DNA of 32,000 bases from Kiritimatiella glycovorans (GTDB lineage: Bacteria > Verrucomicrobiota > Kiritimatiellia > Kiritimatiellales > Kiritimatiellaceae): NCBI RefSeq assembly GCF_001017655.1, contig NZ_CP010904.1, positions 2,640,001 to 2,672,000 on the forward strand, written 5' to 3'. Shown piece by piece: positions 24,510 to 32,000 of this stretch; the first letter of the stretch is position 1, and each line of letters begins with the position of its first letter. The position numbers were made by a program, and so were the translations under genes. Under the pieces are notes generated by a model. That model saw nothing but the letters and a program-made list of their open reading frames with translations. It was not told the DNA's origin and did not search any database.

Positions 24510-24654
24510 AGCGCCCATCAGCGGTTCTCCTTCTTCCTGAACCGCGAACTGACGCGAATATTTATGCCCGCCGGCGGGGAGTCACTACGAAACACGTTCT
24601 CTATCCCGATCCCCGCAGGGATTCTTGCGCAGGTGTCAGGCTTCCTCTGCCCCC

Positions 24655-25386
24655 CTACAGTCTCAGTCGCTTGAACACCGGCTCGGGGATCATCCGGATC
24701 ACGAGCATGATCCACCTCCAGATCCACTTCACGTAGATCACGTCGCGCCGTCCGTCGAGGGCTTTGAGCACCGCGTCGGCGACGTCGTCCGGGTCTGCGG
24801 TAAGCGCATCGGGCAGGTCCATTCCGGCGGTCATCCGGGTGCGCACGTAGCCGGGCTTCACGGTGAGCACGCGCACGCCGGCGGGGAAGAGGCGGTTACG
24901 GAGGCCGGAGAGGTAGGCGCTGAATCCGGCCTTGGCGCTGCCGTAGTGGGCGTTCGAGCCCCTCCCCCGGTCACCGGCCACCGAGCTGATCCCGACGATC
25001 GCTCCCGTTCCGGCCTCTTTCATCGACGCCGCGGCGCGGTCCAGCACCGACACGGCTCCGGCGTAATTTGTATCCACGATCCTGTGCGCCTCGGCGGGAT
25101 CGTTTTCCGCGGCGTCCTCGTCGCCGAGACAGCCGAATACGCAGACTGCGGTATCCGGCGCGACGGGCAGCGCGGCGTACCATTCCGGATGCGCCTCGCG
25201 GTCGAGGGCGTCGAACTGCACGGCATCGACCTCTGCGCCGGAGCGGATGCGCAGGTCCTTCACGTCGTCCTCCAGCCGCGCCGGGTCGCGCGCGGCGAGC
25301 ATCAGCCGGCATCCGCGCCCGGCACAGGCGCGGGCGAGGGCCCGCGCGATGTCGGAGGTCGCCCCCAGGATCAGCACGTTCTTCAT
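24655..25386 (-). CDS. Short-chain dehydrogenase homologous to DprE2 (decaprenylphospho-2-keto-ribose reductase type)
   Basis: MKNVLILGATSDIARAL (Rossmann). FDALDREAHPEW resembles the Mtb DprE2 FDALDTDSHP. YGSAKAG (YxxxK). VRVLTVKPGYVRTRM. The C-terminal IPEPVFKRLRL resembles DprE2 IPRSIFRKLPI. Confidence 0.85.
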   Translation of the reverse strand: MKNVLILGATSDIARALARACAGRGCRLMLAARDPARLEDDVKDLRIRSGAEVDAVQFDALDREAHPEWYAALPVAPDTAVCVFGCLGDEDAAENDPAEAHRIVDTNYAGAVSVLDRAAASMKEAGTGAIVGISSVAGDRGRGSNAHYGSAKAGFSAYLSGLRNRLFPAGVRVLTVKPGYVRTRMTAGMDLPDALTADPDDVADAVLKALDGRRDVIYVKWIWRWIMLVIRMIPEPVFKRLRL

Positions 25387-25405
25387 GGTGTCCGCCTTCC
25401 GGTGT

Positions 25406-26743
25406 TTAATCCGTCAACCCGATCCGGTCCGACTGCAGCGACGCAAGCCGCGTACCCCCTTCGTGGAGCATCGCGAGCGCCCGGCGGTACGAAGCCGCGG
25501 CGGGATACGTCTTCATGAACATGGCGCGGCTCATGCGCGCATCCTTGGCGAGATAGAGCCGGCCGCCGTACTCCGCGACCATGGCGTCGAGTTCGTCGAG
25601 CAGCGGGAACAGCGCGGGCCGGATCGCGAAATCGAGCGCCAGCGTGTAGCCCTCCATCGGGAACGAAAGCGGGTCGTCCTGCGGGCCGAAAAGCTTCAGC
25701 ACGGCGAGGAACGAGCCCATCCCGCTCTTCGCGATGCGGTGCAGGATGCGTTCCAGTCCCGCGCGCCCCGCGGCCTTCGGCAGGACGAACTGGTACTGGG
25801 TGAAGCCGCGCGAGCCGTAGATGCGGTTCCAGTTGCGGACGGCATCGAGCGGATAGAAAAAGCGGTTATAATCAGTGATCCGCAACCGGCGGTTGGCGAT
25901 CATGCGATGGTAATAGGCAAAATTGAACGCCTTCATCGTCAGCCGGTTCAGGGCGAAATTCGGGAAGGTGAACGGCACATTCATCTCGCGGCCCGGTTTG
26001 AGCGACAGCGGTGCGCGCCGTTCGCGCTCGGTGGGCAGTTCCGCGGCGCCGGCGTGTTCCCCGCGCATCATCAGGCTCCGCCCCAGGCGGGCTCCCGTGC
26101 TCAGGCAGTCGATCCAGGCGACCGAGTGCGTCCAGCCGGATGATTCCTCGAAGAGGTCCATGATCGCCGCCAGGTTCGGAGCACGGATCGTCTCCTCGCG
26201 GATGTAGGCCGATTCCACCGGCCGCAGGCGGAACGAGGCGGAGAGAATGACCCCGGTCAGCCCCATCCCGCCGCAGGTCAGCCGGAAAAGATCGGCGTTC
26301 TCGCTGCGCGAGCAGCGCTTCACGGAACCGTCCGGAAGCATGATCTCCAGTTCGCGCACATGGCGGCTGAAACTGCCGTCGACATGGTGGCTCTTGCCGT
26401 GAACATCGGCGGCGATCGCGCCGCCGACCGTGATCCGTTTGGTGCCGGGCGTGACGGGCAGAAACCAGCCGCGGGGCACGAAGACGTCGAGGATGTCGGA
26501 CAGCAGGACGCCCGACTGGCAGCGCAGTTCACCGGTGGCTTCATCGAAGGAGAGCAGCCGGTTGTAGCGGAGGGTGGAGATCATGGCGGGCGCGAGGGCG
26601 GAGTCGCCGTAGCAGCGCCCGTTGCCGCGGGGAATCGCCGAGTCCAGACCCGACAGCGTCTCCGCGAGCTGCCCGGCGTCCTCGAACTCGTGCATCGCGG
26701 CTTCGACCGACGGATAGCGGCCCCAGTTGGATATTCTCGGCAC
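25406..26743 (-). CDS. FAD-dependent oxidase homologous to DprE1 (decaprenylphosphoryl-ribose 2'-oxidase type)
   Basis: GTG 26743 is preceded by GGAGG (6-nt spacer). It gives VPRISNWGRYP, matching the TGWGR-type N-terminus. Motifs: RGNGRCYGDSAL, PGTKRITVGGAIAADVHGKSHH, GGMGLTGVI, FTQYQFVLP, LKLFGP, GGRLYLAKD. The track ORF (to 26959) adds 72 unsupported codons. Confidence 0.85.
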   Translation of the reverse strand: MPRISNWGRYPSVEAAMHEFEDAGQLAETLSGLDSAIPRGNGRCYGDSALAPAMISTLRYNRLLSFDEATGELRCQSGVLLSDILDVFVPRGWFLPVTPGTKRITVGGAIAADVHGKSHHVDGSFSRHVRELEIMLPDGSVKRCSRSENADLFRLTCGGMGLTGVILSASFRLRPVESAYIREETIRAPNLAAIMDLFEESSGWTHSVAWIDCLSTGARLGRSLMMRGEHAGAAELPTERERRAPLSLKPGREMNVPFTFPNFALNRLTMKAFNFAYYHRMIANRRLRITDYNRFFYPLDAVRNWNRIYGSRGFTQYQFVLPKAAGRAGLERILHRIAKSGMGSFLAVLKLFGPQDDPLSFPMEGYTLALDFAIRPALFPLLDELDAMVAEYGGRLYLAKDARMSRAMFMKTYPAAASYRRALAMLHEGGTRLASLQSDRIGLTD

Positions 26744-26818
26744 GGCTGACCTCCGCGACGGACGGTAACAGGACGTCCCCTTGTCAGCAAGAAGACAGAA
26801 GGCTATATTGAATCCGTC

Positions 26819-27187
26819 ATGGCTGCGGTGGAAATCAACTGCCCCGCCTGCGGGCGTGAAACCCTGCTCCGGCGCGAACCGTGCTTCGAGGGTCTGCGCA
26901 AGACCGGCGAAGCGCTGAGTTGCGCGTCCTGCGGCCACCTGTTTGCGGACGAGAGCCAAATCCCCTACAAGAGCGCCCCGCAGACCCCGGAACTGTTCGA
27001 CGAATCCGACCGCTCGCCCGCGGCGGATGTGTTTGACGGCGACGAGACCCGCCGGTTATGCCGTCACTGCGCCCACTACACCGTGAACCCCTTCCTCCAG
27101 TGGTGCGCACAACACCGCCGGGAGGTCGAGGCCACGGACACCTGCCCCGATTTCGAGGACGGCGGCGGAAAGGACGAAGAGGAATGA
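26819..27187 (+). CDS. Small double zinc-ribbon-like protein (122 aa), acidic linker
   Basis: CPACG..x22..CASCG at the N-terminus. CRHC..WC..C near the C-terminus. GC3 is high by inspection. Its stop overlaps the kinase ATG (ATGA at 27184-27187). Confidence 0.7.
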   Translation: MAAVEINCPACGRETLLRREPCFEGLRKTGEALSCASCGHLFADESQIPYKSAPQTPELFDESDRSPAADVFDGDETRRLCRHCAHYTVNPFLQWCAQHRREVEATDTCPDFEDGGGKDEEE

Positions 27188-28365
27188 TAAACGGTGTCGA
27201 ACGTTCCCCCGTACCGCTGCCGCGCCAGCGCCTGGCGGAAGCCGAATGGCGGCACCAGCGCGAGCGGCTGGTCGACCATCCCGGTCTTCTGCGCGCGCTC
27301 GACTCCGTGCCGGACATGATCCTGGTGGTCAACGACCGACGCCAGTGTCTGCACGCCAACCGCGCCTTCCGTGATTTTCTCGCGGATGAAGTCGGGGACC
27401 CCGACGCCCTCCGGGGGCGGCGCCCCGGGGAGATCCTTGGCTGCATCCACCGCGACGAAGGTCCGGACGGGTGCGGCACCTCCTCCTTCTGCCGCTACTG
27501 CGGCGCGGCGCGCTCGATGGCGCGGTGCGACGCCGAAAACGCGGAGGCGGTCGAGGAGTGTCATCTCCTGCGGCGCAGCAACGGCGAAGAGGTCGCCGTC
27601 GATCTGCGGGTCTGGTCCAGCCCGCTGGTGGTCGACGACGAACGCTTCACGCTGTTCTCGGCCCGCGACATCAGCGATGAGCACCGGCGCCGGGTCCTCG
27701 AACGCATCTTCTTCCACGACATCCTCAACACGGCCGGGGGGTTGCGCGGCGTGGCCGCGGCCCTGGCGGAGTCGCCGCTGCAGGACGCCGAACTGGAGGA
27801 GCTGGCACACCTGTTGTGCGAATCCGCCGACGACCTGCTGGAGGAGATCCGCGCCTACAAGACGCTGACCGCGGCCGAGCGGGGCGAGCTGGAGCCCGAG
27901 TTCGCGCGGCTCGATCCGGGGGCGGTGACGCGCCGCGTCCACAGACGTCTCGCACAGAGCGAACCCGCCGCCGACAAGACGTTCGATCTGCAGCTCGCGG
28001 AGGACGTTCCGGCGATCGTCTCCGACGCCTCGCTGCTGGGACGGGTCCTCACCAACCTGTCCAAGAACGCCCTGGAGGCCTCGGGCGCCGGGGACGCCGT
28101 ACGCGTCGAACTGTCCGCGGCGCCCGGCGGCGGGGTCTGCTGGAGCGTGCGCAACCCCGCCGTCATGTCCGAAGAGGTCAAGGCCGGGGTCTTCAAGCGC
28201 TCTTTCTCCACGAAAGGCTTGAACCGCGGTCTGGGCACCTACAGTATCAGGCTCCTCACCGAGTCGTACCTGAAGGGCGAAGTGGATTTCACGTCGACCG
28301 AGGAAGAGGGAACGGTATTCCGGCTCGCGTTGCCGGCCGGACCGGACGGCCGGGGGGCGGGCTGA
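27184..28365 (+). CDS. Soluble sensor histidine kinase with Cys-rich PAS-like input domain; no cognate response regulator in the window
   Basis: PAS-like PDMILVVNDRRQCLHANRAF. Cys cluster GCIHRDEGPDGCGTSSFCRYCGAARSMARC. H-box RIFFHDILNTAGGL. N/G boxes LTNLSKNALEA and STKGLNRGLGTYSIRLL. No TM segment noticed. Confidence 0.82.
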   Translation: MINGVERSPVPLPRQRLAEAEWRHQRERLVDHPGLLRALDSVPDMILVVNDRRQCLHANRAFRDFLADEVGDPDALRGRRPGEILGCIHRDEGPDGCGTSSFCRYCGAARSMARCDAENAEAVEECHLLRRSNGEEVAVDLRVWSSPLVVDDERFTLFSARDISDEHRRRVLERIFFHDILNTAGGLRGVAAALAESPLQDAELEELAHLLCESADDLLEEIRAYKTLTAAERGELEPEFARLDPGAVTRRVHRRLAQSEPAADKTFDLQLAEDVPAIVSDASLLGRVLTNLSKNALEASGAGDAVRVELSAAPGGGVCWSVRNPAVMSEEVKAGVFKRSFSTKGLNRGLGTYSIRLLTESYLKGEVDFTSTEEEGTVFRLALPAGPDGRGAG

Positions 28366-28383
28366 TACGAAGGGACACGGATC

Positions 28384-29340
28384 ATGAGCGAGAAAAGACT
28401 CACCCGCAAACGCGTGGTGGTGACCGGCGGGGCGGGTTTTCTGGGCTCGCATCTCTGCGAGCGGCTGCTGAACGAGGGGCACGACGTACTCTGCGTGGAC
28501 AATTTATTCACGGGGCGTAAAGACAACGTGCTGCACCTCATGGACCACCCGCTCTTCGAGCTGATGCGCCATGACATCACCTTCCCCCTCTACCTCGAAG
28601 CGGACGAGATCTACAACCTGGCCTGTCCCGCCTCGCCGATCCACTATCAGTTCGATCCCGTGCAGACGACGAAGACCAGTGTCCACGGCGCGATCAACGT
28701 TCTGGGTCTCGCCAAGCGCGTCGGCGCCCGGGTGCTTCAGGCCTCGACCAGCGAGGTCTACGGCGATCCGCAGGTTCACCCCCAGACCGAATCCTACTGG
28801 GGCCACGTGAACCCGGTCGGTCCGCGCGCATGCTACGACGAGGGCAAACGCTGTGCGGAGACGCTGTTCTTCGACTACCGCCGCGAATATTCGATGCCGA
28901 TCAAGATCCTGCGCATCTTCAACACCTACGGACCGCGCATGCACCCGCAGGACGGGCGCGTCGTCTCCAATTTCATCGTCCAGGCCCTGCACCACGAACC
29001 GATCACGATTTACGGCGACGGGTCTCAGACGCGTTCTTTCTGTTACGTGGACGACCTGGTCGAGGCGATGATCCGGCTGATGGACACCCCGGACGAAGTC
29101 ACCGGGCCGGTCAATGCCGGCAATCCCGTCGAGACCCCCATCCTCGCGCTCGCGGAGAAGATTATCGCCGCCGTCGGCTCCAAATCGGAAATCCGGATGC
29201 ACCCCCTGCCCGCCGACGATCCCCGGAAACGCCGGCCCGACATCTCGCTGGCGAAGGAGCTTCTGGACTGGGAGCCGGAAGTCGACCTCGACACGGGTCT
29301 GGAGCGGACGATCGAATACTTCCGCGAGCTGCTGGCGTAG
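28384..29340 (+). CDS. UDP-glucuronate decarboxylase (UDP-xylose synthase, extended SDR)
   Basis: Motifs: [30 protein letters not shown] (YxxxK), [18 protein letters not shown]. Confidence 0.9.
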   Translation: MSEKRLTRKRVVVTGGAGFLGSHLCERLLNEGHDVLCVDNLFTGRKDNVLHLMDHPLFELMRHDITFPLYLEADEIYNLACPASPIHYQFDPVQTTKTSVHGAINVLGLAKRVGARVLQASTSEVYGDPQVHPQTESYWGHVNPVGPRACYDEGKRCAETLFFDYRREYSMPIKILRIFNTYGPRMHPQDGRVVSNFIVQALHHEPITIYGDGSQTRSFCYVDDLVEAMIRLMDTPDEVTGPVNAGNPVETPILALAEKIIAAVGSKSEIRMHPLPADDPRKRRPDISLAKELLDWEPEVDLDTGLERTIEYFRELLA

Positions 29341-29354
29341 CGTTTGCGCACAGC

Positions 29355-29831
29355 TCAGGGGGAGGTTGAACCCGGGCGTCTGCCCGGATCGATTTTCAGC
29401 ACGAGGTCCTGCACGCTCCCGTCGTTCACGTAACGCCGCACCTTTTCCAGCAGCGGTCCCTTGCCGAACCTCGACAGCTCACTCATCCACATGGGGTGGT
29501 CGACATAGACTACGAGGCGGTCGCCCTCCAGGCGGCCGGGGCGGGTATGATCCGCCACGGGGCGGCCGGCGATTTCCGCCCAGTCCTCGTGCAGCCGGCT
29601 TACGCGAAAGGCGTCCTCGAGCCCCATCCCGCCGAGTACGGGCGCGAGCACTTCATCGACGCGCTTGGTATGGCGGAGCGGTTCGGGCGGCCGCGGCGCG
29701 CTGATCCGCAGGCGTTCCCGCTGCATGCGCCAGTAATCGGGCCGGTAGCTCCTGCGTCGTTCAGGTTCCTCTTTCACGCCGGTATCCCCGACTTCGACCG
29801 TTGCACCCGGATCTCTCCGGGCGGATTTCAC
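29355..29831 (-). CDS. DUF721 / DciA-like protein
   Basis: LHEDWAEIAGRPVADHTRPGRLEGDRLVVYVDHPMWMSELSRF fits the DUF721 core. The GTG start overlaps the GT4 stop (GTGA). The true start is uncertain; MQRERL at codon 36 is possible. Confidence 0.6.
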   Translation of the reverse strand: MKSARRDPGATVEVGDTGVKEEPERRRSYRPDYWRMQRERLRISAPRPPEPLRHTKRVDEVLAPVLGGMGLEDAFRVSRLHEDWAEIAGRPVADHTRPGRLEGDRLVVYVDHPMWMSELSRFGKGPLLEKVRRYVNDGSVQDLVLKIDPGRRPGSTSP

Positions 29832-31042
29832 TTCGCCGCCGTCCGTCCGGAGGCATCGGCCGTATCGATGGCGTTCCGGTAAATGGTCTCCAGCCGCTCC
29901 GCGACGTTGGAAATCGCGTGCGGCCGGACCTTTTCCGCGGCGCCCTGCCGCATCGAATCCATCAGCGCGCGGTCTTCGACGAGTGCGTTCATCAGTCCGG
30001 CCATCCGGCCCGCGTCGTCCGGACGGAACAGATATCCATTGACGCCGTGTTCGACCAGCTCCGGGATGCCTCGCGAGCGCGGGCCGATGATCGGCAGGCC
30101 GAAGGCCATCGCTTCCAGCAGACTGACCGGCTGGTTCTCGGTTTTGCTCGCGGTGATGAAGGCATCGCCCAGCCGCGGGATATTATCGGCGATCAGCCGG
30201 TCGTGGGTCACGCGTCCGACGCGCACGACGGCGGATTCGATCCCGGCCCGCGGGATCAGCCGGTCGAGTTCCCGGTTCGCGCTGCCGTCGCCGACAATCA
30301 CAAATCGGGCGTGCTTATGTTTCAGGTACACCTGCCGGAAGGCCTCTACGGCCACATCGAGCGACTTTTCACCCGAGACCCTTCCGATGTAGATAAAGTT
30401 GAAGGTATCCCGGATCCCGTATTGCTCTCTCAGTGCGGCGATCTCTTCATCGGCGCGCAGTTCGGGTTCGCGGATGCCGTTGGAAATCACCGTCGGCTCC
30501 CACTTGAGGCCCTTGAGCATCAGGAACCGCTTGACCGTGCGCGAGGGGCTGATCACCGCGTTGCAGCGATTGAAAAAGGTGATCGAGTACTTCCACATCA
30601 TCTCCTTGGTGAGCCTCGTATCGGGCATGTAGAAGTGGCGCAGGTATCCCGGTTCGGCGTAAAAGGTGTGGAACGTACCGATCACGGGGACGTTCCGGAT
30701 CCGGGACTGGAGAAGCCCCTCCCAGCCGCAGCCCCACTCGGTGTGCACATGAATCAGTTCCGGACGGAATTCGCGCACGGTCTGGTAGGCCGGAAAAAAC
30801 GAGGGTACGGCGATGTTCAGGTCCGGAAACTTGCGCGTGGGGATGCTGATCGGGAGATCGTGGATGCGCGCTTCGGGATGCATCTCGTTGAGCGCATCTC
30901 CGCCGGCATCCTTCATCGGCCGCGGCCTGAAGATCGTCACTTCGTGGCCGCGCTTGACCAGCTCATTGGCCTGATTGATCACGGCGAAACTCACGCCGGA
31001 CACCCGCGGCAGAAAACTGTCTGTAAACATGCAGATACGCAT
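29828..31042 (-). CDS. GT4-family (GT-B) glycosyltransferase
   Basis: MRICMFTDSFLPRVSGVSFAV at the N-terminus. FIYIGRVSGEKS. C-terminal sugar-donor region ASKTENQPVSLLEAMAFGLPIIG. AGAGGAG upstream. Confidence 0.85.
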   Translation of the reverse strand: MRICMFTDSFLPRVSGVSFAVINQANELVKRGHEVTIFRPRPMKDAGGDALNEMHPEARIHDLPISIPTRKFPDLNIAVPSFFPAYQTVREFRPELIHVHTEWGCGWEGLLQSRIRNVPVIGTFHTFYAEPGYLRHFYMPDTRLTKEMMWKYSITFFNRCNAVISPSRTVKRFLMLKGLKWEPTVISNGIREPELRADEEIAALREQYGIRDTFNFIYIGRVSGEKSLDVAVEAFRQVYLKHKHARFVIVGDGSANRELDRLIPRAGIESAVVRVGRVTHDRLIADNIPRLGDAFITASKTENQPVSLLEAMAFGLPIIGPRSRGIPELVEHGVNGYLFRPDDAGRMAGLMNALVEDRALMDSMRQGAAEKVRPHAISNVAERLETIYRNAIDTADASGRTAAK

Positions 31043-31117
31043 GGGTCGGAAATCTCCTCTCGGCCCGTGACGGTTCCGTTAAGAATCGGGATCAGAATAC
31101 AGGATTATGCGTCCCGC

Positions 31118-32000
31118 TCAATCCCCTTCCGCCCCGGGCAGCGTGGTCCTCAGAGCCTGACCGCCCCCCTCGAGGGGCTGGATCGTGTAGGTCCCCGTCG
31201 AGGCGGGAATCAGCAGCGATTCGCCCCCGTGCCAGCGCGTCGTCCCGCCGGCGGTCCTCACGCGGGCCTCCCCGTCCGGAAGAAACCAGGCGTGAAACGT
31301 CGTCCCGTCCGTCTGCAGCGTGATCTCGGCGTCGAGCCTGAAGCGGTCGAGACGGAAGTAGGGCGAGCGGCAGATCCTGTCGCCGGCGGTGCCGTGTTCG
31401 GTGAAGGGCCGCGAAGTGCAGCGCGGATCGTCTTCGTCCCCGAAGTCGATGACCTCCAGCGCCTGTTCGAGGTGAAGCTCTCTCGGGCGGCCGTCGTGCC
31501 CCACCCGGTCCCAGTCGTAGACGCGATAGGTGGTGTTGCTGTTCTGCTGAATCTCGAGCAGCAGGCAGCCGCGGCCGATGGCGTGTACCCGTCCGCCGGG
31601 GACCCATACGGCTTCGCCGGCGGCGGCGGGCACGCGGCGCAGCACGTCGGCGAGCCGTTGTTCCCGCACGGCGGCCAGGAAGTTCTCGCGTCCGGTCCCG
31701 GGGGCCAGCCCGCAGTACACGCCGGCCTCGCGATCGCCCTCGAAAAAATACCACATTTCCGTCTTGGGGTCGCCGCCCGAGCGCGCGGCGCTCCGGTTAT
31801 CGGGATGGACCTGGACGCTGAGCACGTCGCGGGCGTCGATCAGCTTGATCAGCAGCGGGAACCCGTCCTCCGGCGCGGCGCTTCCCAGCAGGTCGCGGCC
31901 GTACACGGCGACCAGTTCGTCCAGCCCGCGCCCCGCCAGCGGACCCTCGCGGACCACGCTCAGGCCGTCCGGATGCGCCGAGATCTCCCACGACTCCGCC
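31118..32000 (-). CDS. manA: Type I mannose-6-phosphate isomerase (cupin); N-terminus lies beyond the right edge
   Basis: Motifs: FPLLIKLIDARDVLSVQVHPD, VWVPGGRVHAIG, TTYRVYDWDR. The frame stays open upstream of the track start at 31957 to the window end (..AESWEISAHPDGLSVV..). Confidence 0.85.
   Translation of the reverse strand, partial: AESWEISAHPDGLSVVREGPLAGRGLDELVAVYGRDLLGSAAPEDGFPLLIKLIDARDVLSVQVHPDNRSAARSGGDPKTEMWYFFEGDREAGVYCGLAPGTGRENFLAAVREQRLADVLRRVPAAAGEAVWVPGGRVHAIGRGCLLLEIQQNSNTTYRVYDWDRVGHDGRPRELHLEQALEVIDFGDEDDPRCTSRPFTEHGTAGDRICRSPYFRLDRFRLDAEITLQTDGTTFHAWFLPDGEARVRTAGGTTRWHGGESLLIPASTGTYTIQPLEGGGQALRTTLPGAEGD

Noticed and set aside
26744-26959. Upstream 72 codons of the track ORF 25406..26959
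   Set aside because: They have no similarity to the DprE1 family. An internal GTG with a GGAGG SD yields the family-typical N-terminus. The extension would invade the divergent promoter region.
22669-29202. ORFs 22669..23718 (-), 24625..25518 (+), 25247..26143 (+), 27076..28482 (-) and 28504..29202 (-)
   Set aside because: They are antisense shadows of the lyase, DprE2-like, DprE1-like, kinase and UXS genes.
31092-31754. 220-aa minus-strand ORF overlapping the PMI gene in another frame
   Set aside because: It is extremely Arg-rich. The alternative frame has the PMI cupin motifs.

Overview
GC-rich bacterial chromosomal window. I saw no rRNA, tRNA or CRISPR array. About 25 credible protein genes sit in tight, often translationally coupled operons. 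They are separated by four unusually long, repeat-laden non-coding spacers.

Left to right:
(i) A five-gene minus-strand envelope cassette: secreted two-repeat protein, PEP-CTERM protein, Asp-rich secreted protein, helical-repeat lipoprotein, and a TonB-dependent receptor that runs off the left edge and is absent from the supplied ORF track.
(ii) A 1.24-kb gene-free region in which a perfect 46-bp inverted repeat brackets 584 bp.
(iii) folE2, then a URO-D/MtaA-like::thioredoxin-fold fusion translationally coupled to a COG0523 GTPase.
(iv) A 1484-aa GH106-like/GH43 fusion.
(v) A ~1.57-kb IS66-derived insertion carrying a DUF4338 (DruA-like) gene coupled to a truncated IS66 transposase N-terminus, bounded by 8-bp direct repeats.
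(vi) A Tat-signal sulfatase.
(vii) An SppA / LysM lipoprotein / redoxin operon.
(viii) A fumarase/aspartase-family lyase plus a small membrane protein.
(ix) A DprE1/DprE2-like pair, a Zn-ribbon protein coupled to an orphan Cys-rich-PAS histidine kinase, UDP-xylose synthase, a DUF721/DciA-like protein, a GT4 glycosyltransferase, and a type I mannose-6-P isomerase running off the right edge.

The gene content (PEP-CTERM, sulfatase, giant GH, oligosaccharide-type TBDR) suggests a PVC-type polysaccharide degrader; this is inference only. Most long track ORFs lying antisense to these genes are GC-driven shadow ORFs.

The most novel-looking items are:
- the inverted-repeat switch-like region and the dispersed mosaic repeat family it belongs to;
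- the uncharacterised envelope cassette;
- the folE2 / URO-D-Trx / COG0523 cluster;
- the DUF4338-IS66 unit.
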